A DNA stretch of 64,000 bases from Cenococcum geophilum (Eukaryota): positions 62,001-126,000 of the forward strand of contig CP158635.1 of NCBI GenBank assembly GCA_050273025.1, given 5' to 3'. Under the pieces are notes generated by a model that was not told the origin of the DNA, searched no databases, and saw only the letters and a program-made list of their open reading frames with translations. The position numbers and the translations under genes are program-made. Below are positions 13,786 to 28,099 of this stretch, in pieces; positions within the stretch are counted from its first letter, which is position 1, and every line of letters begins with the position of its first letter.

Positions 13786-14039
13786 AGCGAAGCCAGAGAG
13801 TGGGATGATGGGATCTTAATAACCGATTTAACGTTTTGTATAAAGAAGGACTTATAAAAAGGAAGATGGAAAAATAATTGAGGTGTTGCGAGAATTCTTA
13901 TCTGGATCTGGCAATTGGCTGCGCGATTAATGTGACAGAGTCGCATTATTACGTATTACGTAATACAGGCGGTGTGGGCTGGCAGAACTAGATGTGTTCT
14001 AGTAGAGTAGTCAACCAGTTAATTAATCCATCCACTGGC

Positions 14040-14900
14040 ATTTCGCACTCCCCTAGTATATTGACCAATACCCTAGCGGAGTTAACAATACCAGTTAATT
14101 AATTAATTAACTGGCCTAGTCTTGGAGTTTTACTAGTATATTTATTAATACTCGGATATAAGACTTATTATAAATACCTAAATCTAATATTGATTAATAC
14201 CTTAGGGGAGTAGCTAATACTAGATCTAATATAAGGTTATTTCTACCTAACTAGGGACTTATTAATATTAGACTAAAGCCTTATTTTAAGATATTAAATA
14301 AACTACTAGGATAGTCCTTAATATTAAAAATAAATATATTAGCTAGTCCCTTAGGATATTAATTAATCTATTAGGGGACTAGTTAATATATAGCTAGTTT
14401 AGTGTCTTAATTGCAAGTAGTAATAAAGCTATAACCACCTAATTATCTTAATAGCTTTCTTTTCTTTATTCTCCTATATTATATAGCTTTTAACTTGTTA
14501 TTCTAATTTAAATTAATATTTTAAGATTAAATAATTTTAATAACTTTAAATGGCTCTAGTATATATATTAAGACCAATTAAAATACTACGCCAAAGCCCC
14601 TTACCGGTAAATTTATTCCTAGATAAACTAAAGAAAAAGTTCTTTAATTATATTACTAAACCTAGCTATATATATAAGGCTTATTTTAAGCCTAATAAAT
14701 AGATAGAAACCTAGCCTTATTATAATAACCCAAAAATTAAAGTAAAAATACTAGGCCTTTATAACCTTAAATACTTTACCCTTAAGAACTATAAGTTAAT
14801 TAGAAATAGGCTTTACTATTACCTTAATAGTACTTATACTAACCCTTAATACGCTATGCCCTAGAATGAAGTCTATAATATTATTATTAAGGAATATCTT
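14040..14900 (+). mobile_element. Remnant of a putative integrase-type (Ginger-like) DNA transposon: hairpin-rich end plus 5' ORF fragment
   Basis: Degenerate ORF from ~14550 (LIGNRLY...RYAMPQNEVYDIIIKEHL) resembles the segment before an integrase zinc-binding motif; cut at 14900 by an LTR; palindromes at 14091-14114 and 14334-14391. Confidence 0.35.
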
Positions 14901-15086
14901 TATAACGGGTCAAGACCTAGTTTATATACTTAACTAAAGGCCTTTACCTAGTTATATAAGTAAGGACTAGTCCTCCGTTATATAACTTGCCCCCTTTAGT
15001 TAATAGGGCAACTACGCGTCTTGCAGGAAGCTCGGACAGCTAAAGGAACACGATTTTCTTCTTCCTTTCTTTTCTTCTCTCCTTAG
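14901..15086. repeat. LTR fragment (family D), interrupted by Gypsy B
   Basis: Begins tataacggg (RIP form of TGTAACGGG) exactly where the preceding ORF breaks; pyrimidine-rich tract. Confidence 0.45.
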
Positions 15087-15332
15087 TGTTAGCGACTTAG
15101 TCAATTAAGGCACGAGTACGGCAAGAGGGTCGCGCAAGCCTGTATAATTAGATTGTCTATAAACGAGGATTTAAAGCTAAAGAAAGGAAAGGAGAAGAAT
15201 AAAAGCACCGCTTAAAGTTATATATAATCTTCTGGTTACGTAATAGCAATCTGACAGCAATTTGCCAGTACTGTAATATTACCCCCCCTTTAAAAAAGCC
15301 TGCCCTTAGGCTTTATATGTCCGTATTACACC
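15087..15332 (-). mobile_element. Gypsy B: 3' LTR (15087-15278), polypurine tract and 3' end of the internal region
   Basis: TG-starting LTR matching 1-151; ttaccccccc (reverse-strand PPT) directly adjacent; internal sequence resumes at 52683 after Gypsy A. Confidence 0.8.
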
Positions 15333-18300
15333 TATAACGGCGCTATTGCACATTACCTGCCAAATTCCGCTATATTTTGCTAACCTGCGATTGGCCCGCC
15401 TAAAGCTAGCGCCTTAGCGGCTTACCCTATATATTTATTTACATCGGTCCTAGCGACCCCTTTTCCTTCTCTTTAGCTTAATATCTTCGTAATATAGCAT
15501 TCGTTTAAGCTTCGGTTCTAAGGCATTTATTTAAGCTGTGACATTATACTAAGCTCACCCTATATTGCCTAGGAAGGCCTTAATAATATCCCACCCTAAA
15601 GAAACTTCGTTTGCAACAACGCATTAACGCGCTATACTTAGATACTAAAACAACTCTATATTACCTGGGAAAGCCTAGATAATATCTTACCTTATAAACT
15701 AGATAGGACTAGACTTATACCTTTAGAATTAAAACCAAAGTATATAATACTAACAAACCTTAAAAAGCTAATAATGGCACCTAAAGTAAGCTTATTTAAG
15801 GGGGCTACCTCTACCCGAGAGGAACCTAAGATTTAATTAGGATTAGAAATTAAAGATAATAATAATATTATAGACGTACGCGAGTAGATTCGCGCCCTTG
15901 TAGCTAGCTAGGAAGCCGATTATCTTAAAGTAAAAAATATATAAGAGACCCTATAAGAGATCCTAAAAAGCCTCGCGGCCTTATAAAATAGCCTAGCTTC
16001 CCCTTTTTAAAGCCCTAGCTAACCTATTTACTCTACTAAATATAATATAATAGGGAGTACAGATATAATAATGAAGTAATTAAAGTCCGTTAAGCTTCTT
16101 AACCCCCTACTACTATTTAACGGGATAGACCTTACTTTTAAGAATTAGAGGATTTAAGTATAAGGAAAGCTCCGCGTTAACTATAACTATTTCCTTTCTA
16201 AAAAAGCTAAAATGCTTTACCTCTTTAGTTAAACCACCAGGGACACATAACGGCACCTTTAAGCCAAGTTTAAGGATAACTCCCCTATCTAATTTATATT
16301 TATTAATAAGATAATATAGTACCTAGTAGCTATTTATATTAACCCGAATAAAGTATAAGATGCTCGTTATAACTATAATCGCCTAATAATAAAACCGAAT
16401 TAACCCTTTATTAAATTTTAGACTTAATTCCTATACCTTACAGGAGAAGGCTAGGTTCCCCTTAAAAACTACTAATTAAACCTATATAATAAGCTAACAA
16501 TCTAGCTATAAGAAAAGATCGCTATAACCTTAAATAACCTACTAACCTATAAAAGACTCGCAGCTTATTACCTATTATTAGACTTAAAACTAAAGCGGAT
16601 TAACGCCTCCCCTAATTAGTAGAAGCGACTCTATAATAATTAAAACTCACTAGCTATACCTATAAAAGCTAGAGTAAAAAGATAAGTTACGACTGCTCTT
16701 ATACTAAAGGCGGTTATAACTACGCACTAGCGAGCCTCGCCTAACTAGTTACGTACTACGCCATTAACTAGTATTTACCGCAATACTCTAATTAACACTA
16801 CCTTAGCTATATGCTATAACTATAATAAGTAAGGTTACTTTACTTTATCCTACCCGGAGCTAAAGGATATAGGCGATATTAAGGAGATAGAAAAAAGAGA
16901 AATGTCTAATAAGTTAGGAAAAGAAGAACCCTAGAGAAAGACTCCCCCTAAGGGTACCCTATTAATCTTAAAGAGATTAATCTTAGTTAGTTAATAGGTG
17001 GAAAGCATTTTACGGTTTTATATATAGTATCTTAAAATAGATATAGAGTTAATATAACCGCCCTTATTAACACTAAAGTAAATAGCTTTGCCTTTATAAA
17101 TACTACCTATACAAATAATGTTACTAAATTTCTAAATATAAAAGCTATTTAACTAGAGAAGCCTATTTAGGTAAAAGGCTATAACGACTAAGCCGGTTAG
17201 CCTATTACCTATATCTTAAAGTTACATATCGCTTTTAACGGATAACGCTAATATAGTATCCCCTTTTGCATCCTAGACCTAGGGTCCTATAATATAATCC
17301 TTAAATAAAAATAGATATCCTATTTTAATATTTGGTTAAATATATAATAAAGATAGTTTATCTAGCTAGAGGATAGACTAAGGTTGCCCTCCTTTATTAG
17401 GGAGATTTAAACTAACTATAAGATACTAGCCGTAAGGGCTAACCCTATCTACTAGTAGGATGTCTGGGCCTGTAACCTAGCCTTTACCTAAAAAGACACC
17501 CGCCGCGAAGCTAAAAAGAACTCTATACTAATAAAGATACTCTCCTAAAGCGCTATATTTAAAGAGGACTCTATATATAGAAGCGGGATAGATAGTAATA
17601 TAGATAATATCTAAATCGTATAGATCTAACCGGTATAGAAAAGAACGTATTAATAGGATATAAGGGATAACCTTTAAAAGATATAATAGGAGCTAAAAGG
17701 AGTAATAATAACGCCAGTACCTTAGAAGTCCCTAAAGTTATATACGCCCCTATTATTAGGCAACCCCCCTACTATAGATATTGCTATAATTAGCGCTATA
17801 GTATTCTACTTTAATATATACCGGAAGGATAATAAGGTCTTTATAATGAGCCTATATAAGATTAACTAAATTATTAATAATAGAGAGGAAAGGCCAGCTA
17901 AGGAAACCAATAAGGAACCAGTTAAACGCCTCCTTTTTATTATTTATATAGACTATAAGGATGCATTCTTAAAGGCGGCCTTAGATAAGTTACCCCCCTA
18001 CTAGATATATAATTATAAGATTTAATTAGAAGCCAATAACTCGCTAGGCTATAGCCCCCTCTACTATTAATTAATGGATAAGCTAAAAGTAATAAAGTAG
18101 AACTTAATTAACAACCTAGATAAAGGGTTTATCGAGCTAAGTTAAGCCCCTTTTACTTCTCCTATTCTGTTTATAAAAAAGCCTAATAGAGGCCTTTGTT
18201 TTTATATTAACTATTAAAAGCTAAACGCTATTACTTAAAAGGACTAGTATCCTATTCCTTTAATTAATAAAACCCTTATATATCTAAGCTAGGTAAAGAT

Positions 18301-19045
18301 CTTTACTAAACTTAATATCCGTTAAGCTTTCTACTAAATTAGAATAAACCCTATATTTAAAGATTTAATAACATTCCGTACCTATTATAGTTCCTATAAA
18401 TATAAAGTTCTTCCTTTTAGACTAATAAACGGACTGGTTACGTACTAAAGGTATATAAATAATGTTCTTTTTAATTACCTTAATAAATTCTGCATAGCAT
18501 ACCTAGACGATATTCTTATATACTTAAACAACGAACTTAAGTATTAAGTTTATATTAAGAAGGTCCTAGAGAGATTACAGAACGTGGGCTTATAAGTAGA
18601 TATTAAGAAATGCGAGTTTAGGGTGAAATGTATAAAATACCTTAGGTTTATTATAACTACGAAAGGAATTAAGGTCGACCCTAAGAAGGTAGAGGTAATC
18701 CGTAACTAAAAGCCCCCTTATATAGTAAAAGGAATCTAATCCTTTCTTAGTTTTTATAACTTCTACTATTAGTTTATCTATAACTATAGAATTATAGTAA
18801 AACCTCTTATATGACTAACTAGGAAGGATATGCTTTTTATCTTTAATAATAGCTATATAAAAGCCTTTAAAGAGATAAAGGATTAGCTTATCTCTTTCCT
18901 AATTCTTTATTACTATAACCTAGACCTTAAATTAATGCTAAAAACGGATGCCTCTAATAGGGTTATAGCGGGAATCCTATTACAGTTATATCTAGACGGT
19001 AAATAGTACTCTATAGCTTTCTTCTTAAAGATAATAGACCCGGCT
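15333..19045 (+). mobile_element. Gypsy A (chromovirus), 5' half: LTR 15333-15543, gag from ~15774, protease, RT, start of RNase H
   Basis: 211-bp LTR; gag zinc knuckle CYNCDKQGHF..SCP; RT YLDD at 18500-18511; RNase H ETDAS...FFSKTMDPA cut at 19045; TSD acacc/atacc with the 3' LTR ending 52677. Confidence 0.92.
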
Positions 19046-19439
19046 TATCAGGATTTTTTTTAAGTATGTTGTTGCAGTTTATGGCAATTTGCTGCGAAAC
19101 GTGCAAAACGTATAATTTAAGTAGTTATATATGGTCCTTACTAAGTTGCGCAAACCACACATTCCGTAATAAGTTTTTAGCATTTATAAGCAAACTGCGG
19201 CAAAATGCCTAAACGCCAAACTAATACCAGTATCTCCTACTCTGTAAATAAAAAGCGTACTATTAGTACAATATATATAAACTACTCCAATTATATGTTC
19301 TATTTACTATTTTAATAATATATAAACTATACGGACTATATAGTATTTACATCGCGTAATAACCAAGTTACTATATATATAATTTTTTATAGATTGCTAT
19401 AGATTGCCACAGATTGCTATAGATTGCCTTCAAAAATAT

Positions 19440-21860
19440 ATTTATATTATAACTACTATATAAAATAGCTACTTCTCTAAACCTATAATAGACCACAAAG
19501 CATTTGCCTTGCCTAGCCCCTTTTCTACCCTTGTTCTAAAGATATCTAGATCCTTATTATTAAATAGTATAGACTTAACCCCTTTTCTAATAGTATACTA
19601 AAGACTTACATTAGGTTTAGCCCTAAGCGTCTTTCTAAATAGCTTAACTGCAACTATTAACTGTTTGTAATTCTATTAATATAGTATATTAATAGTACGT
19701 TTCCGATTCCGTAATTTTATACCTTTAAAGATAAGCTTATAGATATTATTTCCGAAATTATTACCAGCGCCACTATCCTTATCTATATCTTCTCCACTAT
19801 TTATACTGGCATTATTACCTGTGTCCGCTCTATTATATTTGTTACTACCCTTTCTTATACTATTCTTATTATCCCTATTGCCACCTAGAGCTATATCCGT
19901 TCCATTATCCGCATCGCCATCTTTATCTATATTAACTCCACTATCTCTATTACAACACTTATTTATATTAATCCCGCTATCTATACCGCTATTAGGGTCG
20001 CTAATATCGTTAGGCCTACTACCTTAGTAATTAGTACTGTGGTCAGTTTAATTAGGCGACATATTATAGGGTATATTAGGCTTAGTAACAGTACTAGAAG
20101 GGCGGAAGGTGTCTAGGTTTAAGGAAAGGGACGCGTTATATACCTAGATATAAGTATTAATCCAGAACTATTATTATAAGTAGTTATATACCAGTAAAAG
20201 TATATTAAAGCGCTACTTATTAAATCCTGCGTTATAGTTAGAGTCTAGGTTAGAAAGATTATTAAGACTATATTTAAATAGATTTGGAATTACTTATATA
20301 GTAGAGTTGTTACCATATATAGTTACTTAAAGTCTCTTTAAGATGCCCTGTTATAAAAGCCCTAAAATCCGGTTCTAGCGCTCTATTAACTAATCTGCCT
20401 ATATAGCCTTTATCCGTTCCTATATAGCTAATATTAGAGTTAGTTACGGTATAGCCTAGATAGTTAGAACGAGGGTAAAGAAAGAATAAATTACTGTTCA
20501 GTTTGGCACCTACTTTAAGCTTTTATTAGATAAAACTACTACTTTTCCGTTTATTAATAACGTGGCGGATTATTATATAAATTAGTGTAACAGCCCCAGG
20601 GCTAATTAGGCGTAGAAAGTGCTATATATCTATACTAAACCCAAATCGCCACTTTCCCTTAAAGAATAACTTAGAAAGACTAGCTATAATAACCAGTACT
20701 ATAAAGCGGGATTTCTCGCCCTATAAATAGTTAGGAGGGTACCAAGGTAATATAGCTATGCGTACTATCTTAAAGTATTAAAAGTCATTAATATGGAGTA
20801 GCTCTTCTACTTTATTAATTATTTCCTACTTAGAGAGATTTCTAAATAAGTACTTAGCCTTTATATAATCTTATATATGCCTTAACAGGTAAAACCAGAA
20901 CTCGCTAATGCTATTATATATCTATTTTATGTTAGTATATATAGAAGTAATAAGAGGTAGCTTACTATATAATATATTAATGGTAACGGCTCTTATATAG
21001 CCTCGCTAGAACCGTCGCCTTTAAAAACCCCATTATACTCTACTGCTTTATCCTATATAAAATCTATCGTCTTTTCCAGAGTTATTATATTCCCTTCTAG
21101 CTATAGTATAAGAGAAAGACCTTTAGGAGCCTTACCTAATATTACAAATATTAGAAAGAAGCGCACGGCAGCTTTTACTATTAGTTTATCCGTAGGTTTT
21201 AATTTAGGTTTACTGCTATATATTACTCCTTACTATCTTCTAACTGCATCTATACTATATTAAGACTTCCGCGGTTTTTTACCGCGTATAGGCGCTATAT
21301 AAAACGACTTAGCTATAGAGTTATCTTCAGCACTAGAGATAAGCTCTTAGGTAAAGGGATAGTAGCATTAAAGCCGCTTATTAGGGCGATTTAGGACTTA
21401 TAACTACTATTAAAGTATTAGCGGGTATAAAGGGATAGAGTCTATATATATAGATTAAGAGATTCTTTATCTGAACTCTGCTGGAGTTGTTAACAATGCG
21501 CTCTTCCCTAGGGTATTAGGCCTCCATCTTCTTTAGAATTGCTATTTATATTTAACTAATATTTTAGGATACCATCTCTAGATACTCTATCGCCATATAT
21601 AGCCGTCTACTAAAGTTAGCTGCATACTACCGTATATATACTATTTATAGTACTTTAGCCTAACTACCGTTTGTGTATACATTTCTAGATTCTTCTTACA
21701 CTAGTAGTACTATTTCTTTTACCTTTACTTTAGTCGTAGGTATATATTAATATTTTAAGCAGTTATATAGAGGGTAGTCTATACCTTATTCCCCTTAAAA
21801 ACTATAGTTATATTCTTTTAAAATAGTAGAGGTTAGTAAACCTTTGGTATAACTAATATA
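19440..21860 (-). pseudogene. RIP-degenerate ORF of the Plavaka element, unknown function, with a D/G-rich low-complexity segment
   Basis: Long codon-like reverse-strand stretches (EIPLYKHWLL.LVFL...GAVTLI..IIRHVI); DG-rich tract ~19750-20030; boundaries approximate. Confidence 0.4.
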
Positions 21861-22699
21861 GGAGAAGTTAAAGAAGTTAATAAAGATATAAAGATAAAGT
21901 ATAATATTTTTAAATTATATATTTGCCGGTATAGATACAGTTAATAAAATAAAGGAGTAAAGGGGCAGATTTTAATATTCTGCTAGAGAGCTTAGGCCTA
22001 TTACCAGCCTATTTAGGGTAAATTATAACAGATTGCCGTATTATCTTGCCGTTAGATGCGTAATATTAAGAATTCCTACTAATAAGCAAGCACTAGAGCT
22101 AATCTTTACGGGTAAGAGCGTTATAACTGCCTATAAAAACGTAAGAATTTAACCAATTTATATAGATATGGCTAACCTTTTCTGGCGATTTAGTAGGTTA
22201 ATACTACTTAAGCAGTAAGTGCTTAATAATTCTCTTCCCTCGTTAAGACGTACTTTAGAGCTTCTATTTATACCTAGTTAGCCTATAAATATACCCAAGA
22301 CGTAGAGTTAGTTTAATCGCGCTATTTCCGCCTTTTACTACCTAAAATCTCCCTTAGAGTATATTAGTTTAGGCAATAAGCTAATAAAGTCGTTTTATGT
22401 TTAAAACTTAAGGAGAGCTTTTATAGAGGAGCAATATAAGGCTATTCTATATATTAAGAAGCGATAATCGTAAAGATTGGCTATTAATTTAGCCCTAAGC
22501 GTTAATAGAGTTAATATACTCGATTGCGAACAGATAGAAAAAGCTCAGACAATAAAGGTAGAGATTATTACGAAAATTAAGCCTATTAAAGAAAAAAGTG
22601 CAGTAAATTAGAAGAGAAAGGCAAAAGAGGGGGGGGTTATTATACTACTCTGCTAATATAAAATCCGCTAAAATACGTATAGCTAGGCAGCCTCTTACT

Positions 22700-25600
22700 C
22701 TAACGAGCCTATCTACTACTTAATTTACCTATATATCGGATATACCGCCTCCGCCTTTAAGCCAACTAACGGCTTTTTTAACTTCTTTCTATCTTGCCTT
22801 ATTTTATAGCTAATTTGCCTAGATTTCTAGAGGTTAAATATACCGGATTCCCTATTAATTACGTTAGCCGTTTTTATTTTTATTTTTGTTCTAAGGCCTC
22901 CTATAAGTTAATTAAAAGCTTAGTTTTAGATTTTTATTTCTTTACAAACTTATCTACGCGTATGCTATTAATCTAAAGAAAATCGTTATTATAGAATTGA
23001 TTGTATATATCCCAATCTGTATACAAGTTTATTTAGAATGTTCTTCTTTTATCTAGCGAAGTTGGTATTAGTTATATAGGTCTCTTAATATAGGAAATGT
23101 TATATATTTAGTGGCCATCTAAGTTTTATCTATTTTACACTATATTTATAGGAAATCGTTCCACTTTAATTATCCCATTAAAAGGATTTACCTTGCCTCT
23201 ATTATATGGACGGAATAGCTTAAAAAGTGCTCTATAGTATACTTAGTATCTACTATTTTCATCTATATAATTTAAGTCCTATACTAATACCAGCAATTCT
23301 AAACGGGTAGCCCGCGTTCCCTTTATTCTATCTAGTGCATTCTTATATTTTTATATAAGAACTTAGTCCCTTTATAAGGCAGTAATCTGCATCTAGACTA
23401 GGTTATAGCGTGCCCGTACTTTATATAGTCGATTAAGATTACGGGAGTCTTTACCGCGTCGAATATAGCATATTATAAAGTAATAAATACTAATAGGTAA
23501 ATCTTATACCTAGGCTGCATCCCTTTTAAGGCGCTTAACGTCTAAATTTATTGCTTATATACTATTAACTCGCTTATAACATTCCCGTATAAACAAGGCT
23601 AGTTTTATAATAAATTTATTAATACCTAGCCTAGTCTAAATTTCGCAGGCTCTGCGCTATAAATTTAGGTTTATTCCGCATATAGAAAGCATTTAGTTAG
23701 TTAACTGGCAGTAATTCTATCTATACGGCTTATCTGTTAGGTTAACTATGCCTAATAATAATATAATGTATAAATCTTCTATAGTATTAGCTGCTAGTAT
23801 TAGCTTTATATTTTCCTATAGCTTTATCTCTTATATTACTATAGTATTTATTAATTCCGTATTAAGATAAATTATTTACTCTTTATACCCTTTACGCTTA
23901 TTTAATCTTTAATAGAAATTCTTTTAAGAAATATATGCCCTTTCGCTATACTCTGTTATAATTCCTATTAGGGCGCCAAATATATAAATTATCTCCGGAT
24001 AGTGGGAAATTGTATAGAGTTTAGGTATATTAAAATTAGGTAGGTTTTTGTCATCAGGTCGGTACGGTAAAAACGCCTCTTTAGTTTTATCTATTTAATA
24101 TAATGCAGCTTTAAGATATTTAATCGTATCTTTATTATATAATTTATATTCGGCTAATAATGTAAAGTTAACTATAGCATAAATAAATAGCATTGCCCCC
24201 TTATACCTATATAGTAACGGTACCACAACTAGTACAATCTAATAAAGAAGGGACTTATACATCTTTCTAGTCTATTAGCTTAACTCTATAAAGTTATTCC
24301 ACCTAATTATACCCTTAAAGGGTTTAACCTTGGCGAATTATGCGGTTAGAAGATGTTTTACCCTATCCTTAGCAGATAATAGGGTTTTTATACCACTTTA
24401 ATTAGTTATTAAAACCCTCCCTTTTCCTTTCTTAATATTAAGCAGTAGTGCCTAAAGCTAGCTTATTAAATACTTTATAACGCCTTTATATAGTTAATAT
24501 AATAAATTAGGGGCTATTATAGCGTATATATCCGCTATATAATAGGACTAAGTAAAATTTTAAATTAGCCTAATATACTTAGGGTCGCTGCGATCTAGCT
24601 ATAAGTTTTACTATTATTTAAGTTGCTTAATAGTTAATTTATACGTCCGTCGCGGCTATTTGCCGGATATAGTGCTTAGTAGGTTACTTTATTTATAAGG
24701 CGGTATATAATATATTATATAGTATTGCCCTAATTTTACTCCTATTAATATAATCTACTTTTTATAGTCTGCTATAAACCTAGTAAGTATAGGGTAATAT
24801 TGCCGGATAAACCTATCTACGTATCGCATTAGTATACCCCGCCTAGTAGCGCGTTTAAGGGCTAGTTTTTATATTAACTTAAATACTTACATACTACTAA
24901 GGTAAATACTTACGTTTAAACATAATACTTATTATTTAATAGTATGCATCTAGTTTGTTTATCCGGTTACTTAGTAAGTCTATAGGTATATAACCTAGCA
25001 GAAGCATTACTGGCCTGCTAGCTATACGTTAAGTCTTTAATAGGATATTAAGTATTATAATATAAACCGGATACGCCTTTTTATCTCCGGATAGTATAGT
25101 TAGCTTAGTTTAGTCGCTACTAGGTATTACCATAATAGCCGTCGTACTATTAGGTAATTAATCTTAGATCTTCTATTAACGGTTAGCTGTATATGCCTCG
25201 TTATATACTTTATTACCTTTTATATTATCTTTAAATAGGAAATAACTGATTAGGAAGGCCACTACGCTAAGTATATTACGGTAGTATATCTTTAGGTTTT
25301 TGCCATATATATTAAGTTCTATAATTCGCCAGCTCTTATTGCTTATACCTTTAGAAATAGAATATAGTTTTATCTTAACTTCTTTTGTATTTTAGTATAA
25401 TATATATCCATCCCTTATATTTTTAATATAGGGGTCTTATAGCCACGCGTTTATTTCTTTTACTAATGTACTATTACGTACCTACTAGGCAACTTATGCC
25501 TATTCTACAAAGCTTATAAAAGGATAGAATATATTATTATCTTTATTTATTCCATTTACTAGCTGGCTAGGCCTTAGTAGGTAGTTATAATCTGCAGTAG

Positions 25601-27884
25601 ACTGCTAATTAGAGTTCCCCTCCGGGTAGCTAAGCAGGGTTCCTATATAGCGGCCAGTCACTTTATAATAAGTTTAGGTATAAAAGATATTTAAGGTAGA
25701 GAGGCTTATTACCGTATAACTGCGCGTTTTAGTACTAATTGGTTATTCTACTAGTGCTATATAGCTTAGCTCCTTTGCTAATATTAAGCCGGTATTTCCT
25801 ATAATAGTTAGTAAAATATTTTTAATAGCGGTGTTAGTTGCTATAAGGTCGTGTACCCATTATTCTATAGTAAATTTGTCGTCTTTATATATATCTGCTT
25901 AAGCCTAAATTATAGGGTAACGTGTTCTGCGGGCAAGCTGCCCATACGGGCATCCTGCCCACCTGCCCCACTACCGAGGGCAAATAATGCGAATTACTCA
26001 ACCACAAATAATTGTATTTAGTGTAGCTATCTACTAGCTAGTTGCCTGCCGTCTAGGACACGTACGTGCCGTATGTTCTGTTGATTTGCACATGCTGCAC
26101 TTGCATAGGGCTCGTTACAGTCGCTCTGCCTCTGCCGCTGCTGCCCCTCCTGCTATACCTTGCTAAGCAGCTTGTGCATAAGAGGCCCCTTCTGCTCCTA
26201 ATAGAACACCTCCTCTAGCTATATACGTGCGCTTCTTTGCCCTCTTCCTTTTCTGGCGGTGGTTTTCCATATGTAGCCTCTCATTTTCAACTGCAAGTAG
26301 TATAGCGCTTAACATCGCCATTTCACACCCCTTAACAAGCTGGCTAAGCGCTTACTCTGTTGGACTTGGTGGGCTATACGTACGCCGCTTAAGACAGCGC
26401 CTTATTAGGGCTGTTTGCTGTTATAATTCAGCAATATTGTGAGGTGTTTCAGCGGTCCAGGATACATTCGATGGTGGACGAGGTGGTGGTGTCTGATATT
26501 CAGTATGTAGCTGCGATAGCACGCGATCGGGGCTGTATGGAACAAGACCAGTAGCTGCAAATCCTGCCTGTATATTGTTTTGATGCAGCACTATTTGTCT
26601 AGCCTGCCTATACAGCGGTAAGAATTCGTGTTTATCTATATAATTAACACCGCGACCCATAAGCTGTTCGACAAGGTGTCCATAGGCCTGCTTTAGCGGC
26701 GAGAAACAGCCTATATCAAGAGGCTGCAGTATATGCGACGAATGCGCTGGCATATAGATAGTAATAATCTTACGATCTAAGCAGAATTGATTGAATTCGG
26801 CGTTAATATGGCTGCCGTGGCCGTCCAGTATAAGCAGCCGATGCGTGCCAACAGTGCGATCCTTTGTATACTTATGGAATAGATTTAGCCAGGTAAGGCC
26901 AATCTCATTTGTTGTCTAGCCATTCTTACTAACACCAATCAACCAGTCGTGTGGAATAATATCGTTCTCGTACTAAGCAGCTTAATGCATTACTGCTTCA
27001 AAGATAACCAGCGGTGGAATAGCGCCCCCCAATGCATTAATACACTCGATAATTGTAACCCATTCTCGATTACCTGGCTATACTATTCTAGGCCGGCCAG
27101 CCCTATTAGTTCCAGTAACAACCTTTACAGTTGTAATAACGCCCATTTAAAAGCCAGTCTTATTAAAATTCCAGGCATCTTTATTAAGAATCCTATATTA
27201 TATCTTTATATCTTAAACGCGTTTAAACTAGCCCCAGATAAGCACAGGATCCTCGCATTTAGCACGCTGATAATCGTATTTGCGATTCCATTTAGATTAT
27301 AGGTCGTCGTGGCGCTTAATAAAGTCGTATACCCATCGCTCACCAACTGGTGGTGAGCTAGGGTGCTGGGTAGCTAGCAGGCTAGCCATCTGCCGTACGG
27401 TCGCGATTCGTGGTGACATACCGCGTTGATCCATTGATAGAATCCACTGCTTAAGGCTCTCTTCTTGTGCTAGTGTAAGACGGCGATTTGGTGCAATAGA
27501 ATCGCGTTTTAGTTTAATGCCCTTAACGCGTAGCCGGGCGGTACTCCGGGGCACATCGTACGTAGTAGTAGCGGCTCTAAAGCTTCGAAATTGGCCTTGC
27601 TTGTGGGCTTGAATAGCTAGATCAATTCTGCCCTCTTTGAAAAGGGCTTCTTGCTATTGTGGTGTAGGCATTAAGGTGGTAGTTAAGCAGCGCGTCGCGT
27701 GTATGATGGGGTGGGCAGGATGCCCGCATGGGCAGCTTGCCCGCAGAACACGTTAGACATTATCCTATTAGTTAAGATAGTCTATACTTATAGCTTTATA
27801 ATATAGCTTATATCGCGCTAATCTACCTAAGGTAGATATTGTATGCTTACATTTAGGGCACTAGCGATTTATTAAGCCTATTAT
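22700..27884 (-). pseudogene. Plavaka transposase with N-terminal C2H2-like zinc finger, interrupted by a pogo element
   Basis: RIP-corrected motifs CPKCKHTISTSGGLARH (~27860), SSDQTKLT.LSGDKKAYPVY, GILMRC.DG.IR.C.PILA.F.ADY.EQ, SQWTGK, IRAIVDF, NFNIPKLH.ISHYPE.IR.FGAP...TTEHSERAH, TDWDIYNQFYD; one intron near 24860-24910. Confidence 0.85.
25920..27753 (-). mobile_element. Fot1/pogo (Tc1-mariner) DNA transposon, 1834 bp
   Basis: ~44-bp TIRs (acgtgttctgcgggcaagctgccc...), TA TSD at 25918-19 and 27754-55. Transposase ~27671-26031 with HTH (LTLAQEESLKQWI), LLILDGHGSH, MPAHSSHILQPLDIGCF and a C-terminal CSMCKSTEHTARTC knuckle; RIP stops. Confidence 0.95.
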
Positions 27885-28099
27885 AATAATAACAAATGCG
27901 GCTCCTTATATTGTTATTAAGATTAGATAGGTATACCTAAAAAGGGCAGTAAATTGTATAACTAATCTAATGGCCGTAATCTGCTGCTAGCTATCCTAAT
28001 AACTAACCATAACGCCTTACTTCTTTTAAATTGTAAGTTAAATATACTAAGTAGCATATTATCCTAAGCGCTAATAGTATATAAAGCAGTATTATATCC

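Noticed and set aside
19821..20027. Hydrophobic 68-aa plus-strand ORF
   Set aside because: Antisense of a D/G-rich low-complexity stretch of the minus-strand ORF
22040..22650. Possible small plus-strand gene with an intron inside the Plavaka element
   Set aside because: Too short and too degenerate to support as a feature
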